This document shows, one piece after another, positions 1-8,469 of a DNA stretch of 64,000 nucleotides. Source of the stretch: Actinomycetota bacterium (GTDB lineage: Bacteria; Actinomycetota; Acidimicrobiia; IMCC26256; PALSA-610). The position numbers were made by a program, and so were the translations under genes. The notes beneath the pieces were generated by a model. That model had not been told where the DNA came from and did not search any database. It saw nothing but the letters and a program-made list of their open reading frames with translations. The stretch covers positions 1,235 to 65,234 of the forward strand of contig SXJP01000036.1 of the NCBI GenBank assembly GCA_005779395.1, written 5' to 3'. The number at the start of each line of letters is the position of its first letter. Position 1 is the first letter of the stretch.

Positions 1-345
1 CTTCTTGGCCTTGACGAGCGCGGTACCCGTGTCTTGGCAACTCGGCAGCACTCCACCAGCGCTGATCGAAGCGTTTTTCAGCAGTTCAGTAGCGACAAAG
101 CGATCGTTAGCGGAGGCTTCCGGATCGTCGAGGATATTTCGAAGTTGTTGCAAGTGGCCCGGGCGGAACAAGTGCGAGATATCGAACATCGCCTGCGCTG
201 TCAGCAACGTGATTGCGGCCGGGTCGATCTGCAAGAACTTGCGACCTGCGGCTTCGATTGTTGTGACGAATTCAGAAGTGAGTTTGCGGTAGGGGGTCGC
301 GTCGTAACCGACGTTGAGGAGTTCCTGATACTCAAAATCAGTCAT
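1..345 (-). CDS. Fumarate hydratase class I (Fe-S type), N-terminal part; gene runs off the window start
   Basis: Not in the ORF track because it is open to the edge. My translation from ATG at 345-343 is MTDFEYQELLNVGYDATPYRKL...GGVLPSCQDTGTALVKAKK. This matches the typical class I fumarase N-terminus, including the CQDTGT cluster-ligand motif. Confidence 0.8.
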   Translation of the reverse strand, partial: MTDFEYQELLNVGYDATPYRKLTSEFVTTIEAAGRKFLQIDPAAITLLTAQAMFDISHLFRPGHLQQLRNILDDPEASANDRFVATELLKNASISAGGVLPSCQDTGTALVKAKK

Positions 346-406
346 GTAGCAACCGTATCGCCAGATACGAATGTAACGCGACTCCCGAGCCGCGTGTCAC
401 GAGTTT

Positions 407-1096
407 TTAGCGGTGGCGTGAGCGAATTTGCGCTCTGTGTTTTACCGTCTTGTCGATGTACTCCCACGCGTCTGGGGTCTGACAACCGGTTTCGCCATGA
501 TCGACATAGACCGTGCCAACGTTGTCTGCAGTCGCTAGCGCAGCTTGACGGCACTCCTGAATGCCTGTGCCGATCGCGATGATGCAAGCATTCATTTCGT
601 GGCGCACGCGATTCGGTCGGTCATGAATCTCGCGCTCGATCTGACGAAGGAGTTGGCGCCCGGCAGTTGAACTCAGGCGCCCTAGTAGTGCTAGGTGGGC
701 AGATACAGCCCAACCGAGGCTTGCTGTCCATTCGTTCTTCTTGTCGCGCCAAACAGCGGCGCGTGCATCGGCAATCGGAGAGTGTGCGACAGTGGCCGCA
801 AAAGCCTCGACGACGATGTAGTCGCTGCACTCCTTAGCCCAGAGGTCTGCGACTTTCACGGTGAAACGCGCAGGGTCTCCGATGCGGCCAGCTAGTACTC
901 GGGCATCATGGTTTTTTGTGGCCCAAAGCGCGAGCGCAAGTTCGTGGTCGACCTTGATCTGCTTCTGGAGGTTCGTCAGGTTCATAGAACTGACACCAAA
1001 CATCGGGCCAGTAACGCCGTGTCGAGGCAAGATATTGCGATGCTTTTCTGTTCCGGCGGCTTCGAGCGCCGACATCGCTTCTTTGAGATCCATCAA
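407..1096 (-). CDS. DNA alkylation repair protein (AlkC/AlkD-like HEAT-repeat family)
   Basis: 229-aa ORF. The helical-repeat composition and length are typical of the DNA alkylation repair family. Recognised by overall sequence pattern only. Confidence 0.55.
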   Translation of the reverse strand: MMDLKEAMSALEAAGTEKHRNILPRHGVTGPMFGVSSMNLTNLQKQIKVDHELALALWATKNHDARVLAGRIGDPARFTVKVADLWAKECSDYIVVEAFAATVAHSPIADARAAVWRDKKNEWTASLGWAVSAHLALLGRLSSTAGRQLLRQIEREIHDRPNRVRHEMNACIIAIGTGIQECRQAALATADNVGTVYVDHGETGCQTPDAWEYIDKTVKHRAQIRSRHR

Positions 1097-1146
1097 TTGC
1101 CACGGTACTCGTCGCGATCGCGTTGTCTACAAGTCGGCCCAAGCTG

Positions 1147-2769
1147 TTAGTGGCCGACGATCTTTCTCGCACGCTCGCGTAGTTCGTATTTGAGAACTTT
1201 GCCAGTTGCATTCAACGGAAGTTCGGACACAATCTCGACGTGTTTCGGAGCCTTGTAATTGGCCATCTCCGCACGACACCAGGCCACAAGTTCGTCCGAC
1301 GTGGCTGACTGATTTTCTCTAAGCACCACGTAGCCCCAACCGACTTCACCGAGGCGCTCGTCCGGCACGCCAATTACAGCAGCCGAAGCAATGGCTGGGT
1401 GTTTGAGCATCATCGTTTCGATCTCGGCAGGGTAGGCGTTGAAACCGCCGACTATGAACATGTCCTTCGTCCTGTCAGTGATCTTGATGTAGCCGCGGTC
1501 GTCCATCGTGGCGATGTCGCCCGAGTGCAACCAACCGTCTTCGTCTATAGCAGCGTTAGTTTCGGCTTCATTGTCGAGATATCCGAGCATCACGTTGTAA
1601 CCACGTATGAGTACTTCGCCGGGTTCCCCACGTTCGCACTCAGCGCCTGTTTCATCTGCGCAAATGACCTCGACTCCCGGAATCGCGCGGCCGGAGGTAG
1701 TCGCGATCGTTTCGGGGTCGTCATCGTGTCGGCACATCGTTGCGATTCCGCAAACCTCTGTGAGTCCATAACCCGTGACGATGGTTCTAAAGCCGAGGCG
1801 TTCTCTCATCTCGATGATCATCGATACGGGGATTGCTGCGGCTCCCGTCACTGAGAGGCGCAGCGACGACAGGTCGAACTTGTCGAGGTCGTCGTGGGCG
1901 AGAATCGACTGGAAGAGCGCTGGCGGCCCGGGAAGGAACGAAATCTGATCGCGTGGGATTCGCCGCAGTACAGCTTCGGCATCGAATACGGCGTGCGGAT
2001 ACAGAGTCGCTCCGCACATGAGCGATGCGAGTATTCCGGCTTTGTAGCCGAACGCGTGGAAGAAAGGATTTACGACTAGGTATTGGTCGCCTGCTCTTAC
2101 CCCAACCACATCGGCCCATGTGCGGAACGCACGCAGGTTCTGTGCGTGCGTTGTACGAACACCCTTCGGGTAGCCCGTGGTGCCCGAAGTGAACAAGATG
2201 TCGCTGACATCCTCTGGTGTAACTTCGGCTGCCCTTGCATCTGCAAGTTCCGGATTTACGGATGCGCCAGCAGAGATGAAATCGTCAAAGGCTGTCGTGC
2301 ATTCTTCTGCGTCCCCGCGCAGAACAATGATGTTCTCCAACGCTGGCAGGCCTACCTGTGGGTCGACCACATCGAGCAGTAGCGATACATAATTTGTCGA
2401 GAGAAAGTCGGTGACGGTCGCGAGCAATTTGGCGCCACTGCGCTGTAGGACATACGCGGCCTCGGCGGCCTTGAAACGGGTGTTGAGAGGTACGACGATT
2501 GCTCCTGCGGATTGCGCACCGAGTGCGACTACAGGCCACTCCCAAATGTTCGGCGCCCAAATCGCAACTCGGTCGCCACGCTCGATGCCAGCGGCCATGA
2601 AGGCGCGCGCTGCGTCCGCCACACGGTTGGCGAACTCGTCGTATGTGATCGAGGTGCCGTCGCTCTCGTCGTTGAATGCAATTGCCTCGCCGTGGCGTTT
2701 CGCAGCCATACGAACGAGTCGTGGTGTGGTTCCAAACTCGAGGTCGCCACGTGGCGCATCTTCTGTCAT
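1147..2769 (-). CDS. Acyl-CoA synthetase / fatty-acid--CoA ligase (AMP-binding superfamily)
   Basis: 540 aa with TSGTTGYPKG, GYGLTE and GWLHSGD motifs. ATGA overlap with the upstream crotonase gene. Confidence 0.9.
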   Translation of the reverse strand: MTEDAPRGDLEFGTTPRLVRMAAKRHGEAIAFNDESDGTSITYDEFANRVADAARAFMAAGIERGDRVAIWAPNIWEWPVVALGAQSAGAIVVPLNTRFKAAEAAYVLQRSGAKLLATVTDFLSTNYVSLLLDVVDPQVGLPALENIIVLRGDAEECTTAFDDFISAGASVNPELADARAAEVTPEDVSDILFTSGTTGYPKGVRTTHAQNLRAFRTWADVVGVRAGDQYLVVNPFFHAFGYKAGILASLMCGATLYPHAVFDAEAVLRRIPRDQISFLPGPPALFQSILAHDDLDKFDLSSLRLSVTGAAAIPVSMIIEMRERLGFRTIVTGYGLTEVCGIATMCRHDDDPETIATTSGRAIPGVEVICADETGAECERGEPGEVLIRGYNVMLGYLDNEAETNAAIDEDGWLHSGDIATMDDRGYIKITDRTKDMFIVGGFNAYPAEIETMMLKHPAIASAAVIGVPDERLGEVGWGYVVLRENQSATSDELVAWCRAEMANYKAPKHVEIVSELPLNATGKVLKYELRERARKIVGH

Positions 2770-3590
2770 CTGTCTCCAAGGTTGAGGAGTTCGCGAGCTA
2801 GTGGTTGAAATTCTGGTGTTCTGCGTTCGGCAAATGCAGTGGGCCCTTCGGTTTGATCAGCGTGACCCCACATCGCCACTACGCGTTGCGCTCCGTTACG
2901 GCACGCATCAGTTAGACCAGCCTCGAATGCTTCCCAGAGTGCTTGCTTTGAAAGCGCGATAGCCGTCGGCGAGTTGCTCGCGATCTGTTCGGCGAGGCGC
3001 TGGACATGGTTGCGCAATATAGAGCTTTCTACGACCTCTCCCACGATGCCAAGTTCGCAGGCGCGTTTCGCGCTCAGTTTCTCGTGTTTGCCGATGAGCG
3101 CCATCCGCATAATCGATTCCATCGGCGACTGACGCACCAACGCGATTCCTTCGAACGCGACGGCCTGGCCTATCGAAACGTGAGGATCAATGAAGAAGGC
3201 ATTGTTCGCCGCGACGCGAATGTCCGCATCGGCTACGAAATGCAGTCCACCACCAGCGCATACTCCGTTTATCGCAGCGATAACAGGTTTGACTACGCCC
3301 ATGTGCCACGACGTGAATCGCAATTGAGCATCCCGAGTTCTCTGCGAATGCTTGCGCAACGCGCCTTTGTCTCGCGTTAGCGCAGCCACATCAAGACCAG
3401 TGCAAAATCCAGACCCATTGCCTGAGTTGACGATCACGCGCACATCCGGGTCGGCATCGAGTTCAGCCCATGCGAGTTCGAGTTCATCGAACATTGCTGC
3501 GTCGATTGCATTGCCGACTTCGGGGCGATCGAAATTCAACCAGCCGACAGGTCCTTCGCGCTCGACTTGGAGGCGTGTGTAATTGCTCAT
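2766..3590 (-). CDS. Enoyl-CoA hydratase/isomerase (crotonase family)
   Basis: 274 aa. Crotonase pattern GNGSGFCTGLDV...AAINGVCAGGG. 4-bp overlaps on both sides. Confidence 0.85.
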   Translation of the reverse strand: MSNYTRLQVEREGPVGWLNFDRPEVGNAIDAAMFDELELAWAELDADPDVRVIVNSGNGSGFCTGLDVAALTRDKGALRKHSQRTRDAQLRFTSWHMGVVKPVIAAINGVCAGGGLHFVADADIRVAANNAFFIDPHVSIGQAVAFEGIALVRQSPMESIMRMALIGKHEKLSAKRACELGIVGEVVESSILRNHVQRLAEQIASNSPTAIALSKQALWEAFEAGLTDACRNGAQRVVAMWGHADQTEGPTAFAERRTPEFQPLARELLNLGDR

Positions 3591-4447
3591 TGTCCGCTGA
3601 AGTCAGCTGCGCGTTTTTCGGCCATTGAGGTCATGCCTTCCTTGAAGTCGTCGCTCCGAGTCGAGAGTTCGAGAGCGAGTGCTTCTCTGGCTAGATGGGG
3701 ATCGAGAGCGCTTGCATGCGACTCGTGCACCAGCGTCTTCGTTAGGCCGATAGCGATAGTCGGCCCGCTTGCGAGTCGAGTCGCGAGAGCTTCGGATGCT
3801 GGCCCGACTTCAGCTGCGGCAACGGACTGGTAGATCAGCCCCCATTCCGCAGCCGTCGCACCGCTGATCTCATCGCCGAGAAGCAACAATTCTTTCGCGC
3901 GAGCTATACCCACTAGCCGCGGAATCAGCCATGTCCCGCCGGAGTCTGGAGTGAAGCCACGGTTGACGAACGGCTCCCAAAGGCGCGCATCGTCTGATGC
4001 AATGCAGAAATCTGCTGCGAGAGCGAGGTGTAGCCCGATGCCGGCAGCGCAGCCGCGCACCGCAGCAACGATCGGAACTTGTGCCGTGTAAAACAATGAC
4101 ACGAGCCGATGTGCGTGTGAAGGCAACCGCCGTTGGGTGGCTCCAGTGCGCTGTTTGGCCGCTCCTCGGCCGCTTAGGTCGAACCCAGAACAGAAGTCGT
4201 TTCCAGAGCCAGTCAAGAGAATGGCGCGTACAGCTTCGTCTTCGTTCGCTGATTCGAGGATTTCGATCAGGTCATAAATGATCGAGTCGGTGATTGCGTT
4301 GCGGCGCTTCTCGCGATCGATGGTGAGTCTAAGAATCGCACCTTCGAGGCCGACGTTGAGCCCGTCGCGGCTGGTGTATTTCGTGTGTGGTGACGAAGCC
4401 TCAACCATGGCCGCGCAATCTATCGGGCGAGGCGCGACTCGGTGCAT
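3587..4447 (-). CDS. Enoyl-CoA hydratase/isomerase (crotonase family)
   Basis: 286 aa. GSGNDFCSGFDL...AAVRGCAAGIG. An alternative ATG at 4408 (MVEASSPH) would leave a 66-bp rather than 27-bp divergent intergenic region. Confidence 0.8.
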   Translation of the reverse strand: MHRVAPRPIDCAAMVEASSPHTKYTSRDGLNVGLEGAILRLTIDREKRRNAITDSIIYDLIEILESANEDEAVRAILLTGSGNDFCSGFDLSGRGAAKQRTGATQRRLPSHAHRLVSLFYTAQVPIVAAVRGCAAGIGLHLALAADFCIASDDARLWEPFVNRGFTPDSGGTWLIPRLVGIARAKELLLLGDEISGATAAEWGLIYQSVAAAEVGPASEALATRLASGPTIAIGLTKTLVHESHASALDPHLAREALALELSTRSDDFKEGMTSMAEKRAADFSGQ

Positions 4448-4474
4448 GAGCTGCCGCGCTTACTGTTGTGAGCT

Positions 4475-5500
4475 ATGTCTGAAACGCAACGAACTAATCG
4501 CCAGATAGTGCTTCGAAAACGCCCTACCGGGATGGTTGAAGAAGACTGTTTTGAACTCATCGAGAGGCCAGTACCTGCGCTTGGTCCCGGCGAAGCGCTG
4601 GCGCGGGTTCACTATCTCGGCCTCGATCCAACTATCAGGGGCTGGATCGCAGAACGCGGCAACTACATGGCACCAGTCGCTATCGGAGACCCTGTGCGAT
4701 CCAATGGGGTTGGTGTGATTGTCGAAACGAACAACCCCGATGAGTACCCGCTTGGTGCAGCATTCATGGCGCTCATGAACTGGCAGGACTACAGGATTCT
4801 GGTTCCGAGCGAGAACCCACCCGTAACACGTCTCCCAGAAGGCATGGACCTGACCGGCCCGCTAAACGTAGGCGGTCATATCGGAGTCACTGCATATATC
4901 GGCGTAACCGAAGTCGCGAAACCGAAAGCAGGCGAAACCTTTGTAGTGAGCGCTGCAGCATCTGGCGTTGGATCGGTAGCAGGCCAGATCGCAAAGATCA
5001 TGGGTGCGCTCGTCATCGGTATCGCTGGCACAGATGAGAAGTGTGAGTGGGTCGTAGATGAACTCGGATTCGATGCCTGCATCAACTACAAGACCGACTA
5101 TGTCCGTTCCCGGCTGAAGGAGCTCTGCCCGAAAGGCATAGATATCTATTTCGACAACGTTGGTGGTGAACTATTAGACACCGCCCTTACGCGTCTTGCG
5201 CGCAACGGCCGCGTTGTCTTGTGCGGAGACATCGCTACCTACAACCTCGACGTCGAGCCGCCACCACTGCGCAATCACCGTTATCTAATGGGCCGCAGTG
5301 CGTCTATGACAGGGTTCAACACTCTCGACTTTTGGGAGCGGTATTTCGAGGCTGCGGCGCAACTCGGTGATTGGGTTCGAGAAGGAAAAGTCAAGCATCG
5401 CGAACACGTCCTCGATGGGCTAGAGCAGTGTGGACCCGGATTGGTTCGCCTGTTCTCAGGCGAGCATTTGGGCAAACTCGTAGTCAAGGTTGCGGAGTAA
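4475..5500 (+). CDS. NADP-dependent oxidoreductase, medium-chain dehydrogenase/reductase family (alkenal/enone double-bond reductase type)
   Basis: 341 aa. AAASGVGSVAGQIAK nucleotide-binding motif. The N-terminal pattern is typical of YncB/PTGR-like reductases. Confidence 0.8.
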   Translation: MSETQRTNRQIVLRKRPTGMVEEDCFELIERPVPALGPGEALARVHYLGLDPTIRGWIAERGNYMAPVAIGDPVRSNGVGVIVETNNPDEYPLGAAFMALMNWQDYRILVPSENPPVTRLPEGMDLTGPLNVGGHIGVTAYIGVTEVAKPKAGETFVVSAAASGVGSVAGQIAKIMGALVIGIAGTDEKCEWVVDELGFDACINYKTDYVRSRLKELCPKGIDIYFDNVGGELLDTALTRLARNGRVVLCGDIATYNLDVEPPPLRNHRYLMGRSASMTGFNTLDFWERYFEAAAQLGDWVREGKVKHREHVLDGLEQCGPGLVRLFSGEHLGKLVVKVAE

Positions 5501-5526
5501 CTCTCATCAATCGCATCCCGCCATCA

Positions 5527-6336
5527 TTGCTATTCATAGTTGGCGCAATCTCGATGTATGAGGGTGCAGCAGTCGCCTACGACCTTTTCTCTGACGTCAC
5601 TCCACAGGCCGTTGCTTGGCTCCGAATGTGTGGTGCCGCGGCGGTGATGATTGGCGTAGCGCGGCCATGGCGATCACCCTGGTCGCGCGCGCAGATCATT
5701 TCTGCTGTGAGTTTCGGTGTCGTAACCGCTGCGATGAACGCCACCTTCTACATGGCGACGGCTCGTGTCCATCTCGGTTCCACTGTCGCAATCGAGTTCG
5801 TCGGTCCGATCACAGTTGCGGCGTTCGCAGTGCGTTCATCGCGTGCTGTGACTGCATTGGTTTGCGCCGGTGGCGGAGTTGCGCTCTTGTCCGTAGGGCT
5901 GCGATCCGACTCGCTCGGTGTTGCCTGGGCGCTAGCGGCTGGCGTTTGCTGGGGTGGCTATGTCGTACTCGGTGCTCGTGTATCGTCGCAGCGAGGCGGC
6001 GTGTCGGGCCTTGCATTCGCACTAGGTGTAGGTGCGATTGTCCTCGCCCCGTTTGGGCTACCTGGTAGCGGCGCAGCATTGACCGACGCGAGAATTCTCA
6101 CGCTTTGCGCAGCAGTTGGGGTCTTGTCTACAGCCATCCCATACGCAATAGACCAGCATGTCTTGCGCCGAATCACGAGGCATCGATTCGCGCTCTTGTT
6201 AGCTGTGCTACCGGTTACTGCGACCTTGATTGGGCGACTCGATCTGCAACAGTCACCGAGACCATTTGAATTGCTCGGGATCGCGCTAGTGGTGGTCGGC
6301 CTTGTCGTGCAGGGCCCGACAGAGGTCAGCCAATAG
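5527..6336 (+). CDS. EamA/DMT-family transporter, RhtA-like
   Basis: Multi-pass hydrophobic protein. The GAAVA..LF...AWLR, EFVGP and ALPY patterns resemble RhtA. Start is uncertain (TTG 5527 or ATG 5554). The track start at 5371 overlaps the previous gene. Confidence 0.7.
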   Translation: MLFIVGAISMYEGAAVAYDLFSDVTPQAVAWLRMCGAAAVMIGVARPWRSPWSRAQIISAVSFGVVTAAMNATFYMATARVHLGSTVAIEFVGPITVAAFAVRSSRAVTALVCAGGGVALLSVGLRSDSLGVAWALAAGVCWGGYVVLGARVSSQRGGVSGLAFALGVGAIVLAPFGLPGSGAALTDARILTLCAAVGVLSTAIPYAIDQHVLRRITRHRFALLLAVLPVTATLIGRLDLQQSPRPFELLGIALVVVGLVVQGPTEVSQ

Positions 6337-7570
6337 CACCGTCGGAGCGGAGCCTCGCGATGTCATCAGCCGTAAGGCCAAGCACCGACTGCAAGACTTC
6401 ATCTGTGTGTTCACCAAGAGTTGCCGGGTAGGTCTCGGGGCCCTGCGCAACGCCAGAGATCTTGACTGGGTTGCCTGGCACCAACACAGGGTCGGCTTGG
6501 CCGTCTGTGCGTGGGATCTCCACGAGCATTGCGCGTGCATCAATGTAGGGGTCGTCGATAATGTCTTCTGCTCTGTGGCATGGTCCGGCTGCGATGCCGT
6601 CCTTTGCTAGGACCTCGCACGCTTCGAAGCGTGTCTTGTCTTTCGCCCACGCCTCGACAGCTGGCCTGATCGTGTCTTCGAGATGAGTTCGCCAACCGAA
6701 GCGAGTCTCGAACTTTGGGTCGTTGAGCCAGCCAGGTCGGCCAACCGTCTGAGCAAGTCGCTCGAACTGGTGCTCCCGACCAACCTGAATGATGAACCAC
6801 CCGTCCTTGCAACGGAAGCCGTCCATTATGAGCGGTGCTGAGCGTCCGCCCCGTAGCCCGAGAGAATGAAAGTTGACGACTAGGTCTGCCATTGCGACCA
6901 TCGAGTCGTACATCGCGATATCGACGTACTGGCCTTGACCCGTACGGTCGCGTTGACGCAACGCAGCGAGTATCCCAATCGTTGCGAACATCGCAGAGGA
7001 AATGTCGCCAAGTGCGCCAGACGGACCGACGACAGGTGGCGAGTCGTCAACGCGTTTGTACTCATACAAGCCACTCATCGCTTCTGCGATCGGTGCATAC
7101 GCTGGCCACGAGTCGTACTGGGATTTCACGGTGTTGCCAAAGCCAGATACAGACAGATAGATAACCTTCGGGTTCACCTCTGCGATGTCTTCGTATGCCA
7201 AGCCGAGGCGCTGCATCGTGCCAGCCTTGAAGTTCTCGCAGACGACGTCGAAATGCTTGCTGAGTTCTTTGACTAGACGCTTGCCCTCGGGGTGTTTCAG
7301 GTCGATACCGACAGATTTCTTGTTGAGCGAATTGCGCAGGAAAGTTGCACCCGCTCGTCTTCCCGTTGTGTCTGTCATGAAGGGAACAGAGCCACGTCCC
7401 GAATCGCCATCTGTGGGGTGCTCGACCCGAACAACTTCTGCGCCGAGTCGCGCAAGCAACATGGTCGCGAAGGGCAGAGCCTGCATCTGTTCGACTGCAA
7501 GAATCGTGACCCCGGCCAATGGTTTTCCGTTGTCAAGCGCTTCAGAGTTATAGACGTCTCCAAGTTTCAT
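6326..7570 (-). CDS. CoA transferase, family III (CaiB/BaiF)
   Basis: Homology-like sequence begins at MKLGDVYN... (ATG 7570). LAGVTILAVEQMQALPFATMLLARLGAEVVRVEHP is the typical N-terminus. Its 3' end overlaps the convergent EamA gene by 11 bp. Confidence 0.85.
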   Translation of the reverse strand: MKLGDVYNSEALDNGKPLAGVTILAVEQMQALPFATMLLARLGAEVVRVEHPTDGDSGRGSVPFMTDTTGRRAGATFLRNSLNKKSVGIDLKHPEGKRLVKELSKHFDVVCENFKAGTMQRLGLAYEDIAEVNPKVIYLSVSGFGNTVKSQYDSWPAYAPIAEAMSGLYEYKRVDDSPPVVGPSGALGDISSAMFATIGILAALRQRDRTGQGQYVDIAMYDSMVAMADLVVNFHSLGLRGGRSAPLIMDGFRCKDGWFIIQVGREHQFERLAQTVGRPGWLNDPKFETRFGWRTHLEDTIRPAVEAWAKDKTRFEACEVLAKDGIAAGPCHRAEDIIDDPYIDARAMLVEIPRTDGQADPVLVPGNPVKISGVAQGPETYPATLGEHTDEVLQSVLGLTADDIARLRSDGAIG

Positions 7571-7689
7571 CGCAGAGCACCCTAACGACTCACAGAGAGG
7601 AGAGCGGGTCGAGACAATTTCCTGAGACCACGACCATGCCGACGGGCCAAGTTGCGCGACCCGTCGGCCGGGTGCTGCGTGCCCCGGTG

Positions 7690-8337
7690 CTAGATGTGCG
7701 GTTCGAAGTAATCGACTATCCGCACAATCTTTCCGGGAGCATCGGCTCCGGTGAGCCGGGCGGCAATCTGGAGCCACTCGGAGTCGGTACTCATGGCATC
7801 GCGCATCGCACCCTGGGCCTCAAAAGTCTCGTTCTCTGTAGTGCTGACGTTGCACCCTGCGAGGAGGCCACTCTCGATGGCAGCGACGCGCGAACGTGAG
7901 CCACCGAGTCTCATCTCAATTTTTGCTACCTGGGTTGCGAGTTGCAGGCAGTCTTCGAGGCGGCCGACGTTCGCTCGCCAAACAACGGACGAACCCACCG
8001 GCGCTGATGGTCGTTGTGGTAGGCCTAGTTCGAGGACTGAGTACGCCGTGATCTCTTTGACCTCCATCGGCGACTCAGGAGCAGTTAGCCGTGACTGGAC
8101 CGAGAGCGCATCGCTGTCTGTGAGGTAACGGTCGATAACCCGGCCGAGTTCAGTTGCATTTGCCGCCTCAAGAACAAATGTGAGACTTCCTGGATCGGCT
8201 CCTGCGCTACCACCAAGGACTCGAATGGAGTCGGCACCTAGTCGGTCAAAAACCTTGCGCGCCTCGCTTGCTAGTGCGAGTGCATCTTCGCTTCGACCTG
8301 GCTTGACAATGGAGTGAGTTCTTCTTCCGCTGCGCAT
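7690..8337 (-). CDS. Hypothetical protein with internal tandem duplication of a ~100-aa alpha+beta (ferredoxin-fold-like) module
   Basis: 215 aa. The two halves align by eye (GR.ED.L.LA...RLG...RV ... TDS ... L ... AP). No catalytic motif recognised. Confidence 0.55.
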   Translation of the reverse strand: MRSGRRTHSIVKPGRSEDALALASEARKVFDRLGADSIRVLGGSAGADPGSLTFVLEAANATELGRVIDRYLTDSDALSVQSRLTAPESPMEVKEITAYSVLELGLPQRPSAPVGSSVVWRANVGRLEDCLQLATQVAKIEMRLGGSRSRVAAIESGLLAGCNVSTTENETFEAQGAMRDAMSTDSEWLQIAARLTGADAPGKIVRIVDYFEPHI

Positions 8338-8411
8338 CTAAACCCCTTTCATGGGTCTGATCCGCCCGCACGTTTGAGCATACGCCGATCCGGCATCGAC
8401 CTCAATGGCTC

Positions 8412-8425
8412 ATTACTAACTAGCG
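8412..8425 (-). promoter_or_regulatory. Second copy of the GCTAGTTA(G/C)TAAT element
   Basis: Plus strand reads ATTACTAACTAGCG; the reverse complement is CGCTAGTTAGTAAT. It sits in the divergent region between 8337 (minus gene start) and 8470 (plus gene start). Confidence 0.4.
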
Positions 8426-8469
8426 AAGGTTTTGCGTCTTGCCGTCGGCGTGTTCCTAGACTGACACGC

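Noticed and set aside
5371-5526. Long N-terminal extension of the EamA transporter ORF
   Set aside because: It overlaps the 3' end of the oxidoreductase gene in another frame. It is Arg/Ser-rich and non-hydrophobic, and transporter similarity starts near 5527-5554.
7571-7777. 69-aa N-terminal extension of the CoA transferase ORF
   Set aside because: It is Arg/Pro/Cys-rich with no family similarity. The conserved N-terminus starts at ATG 7570.
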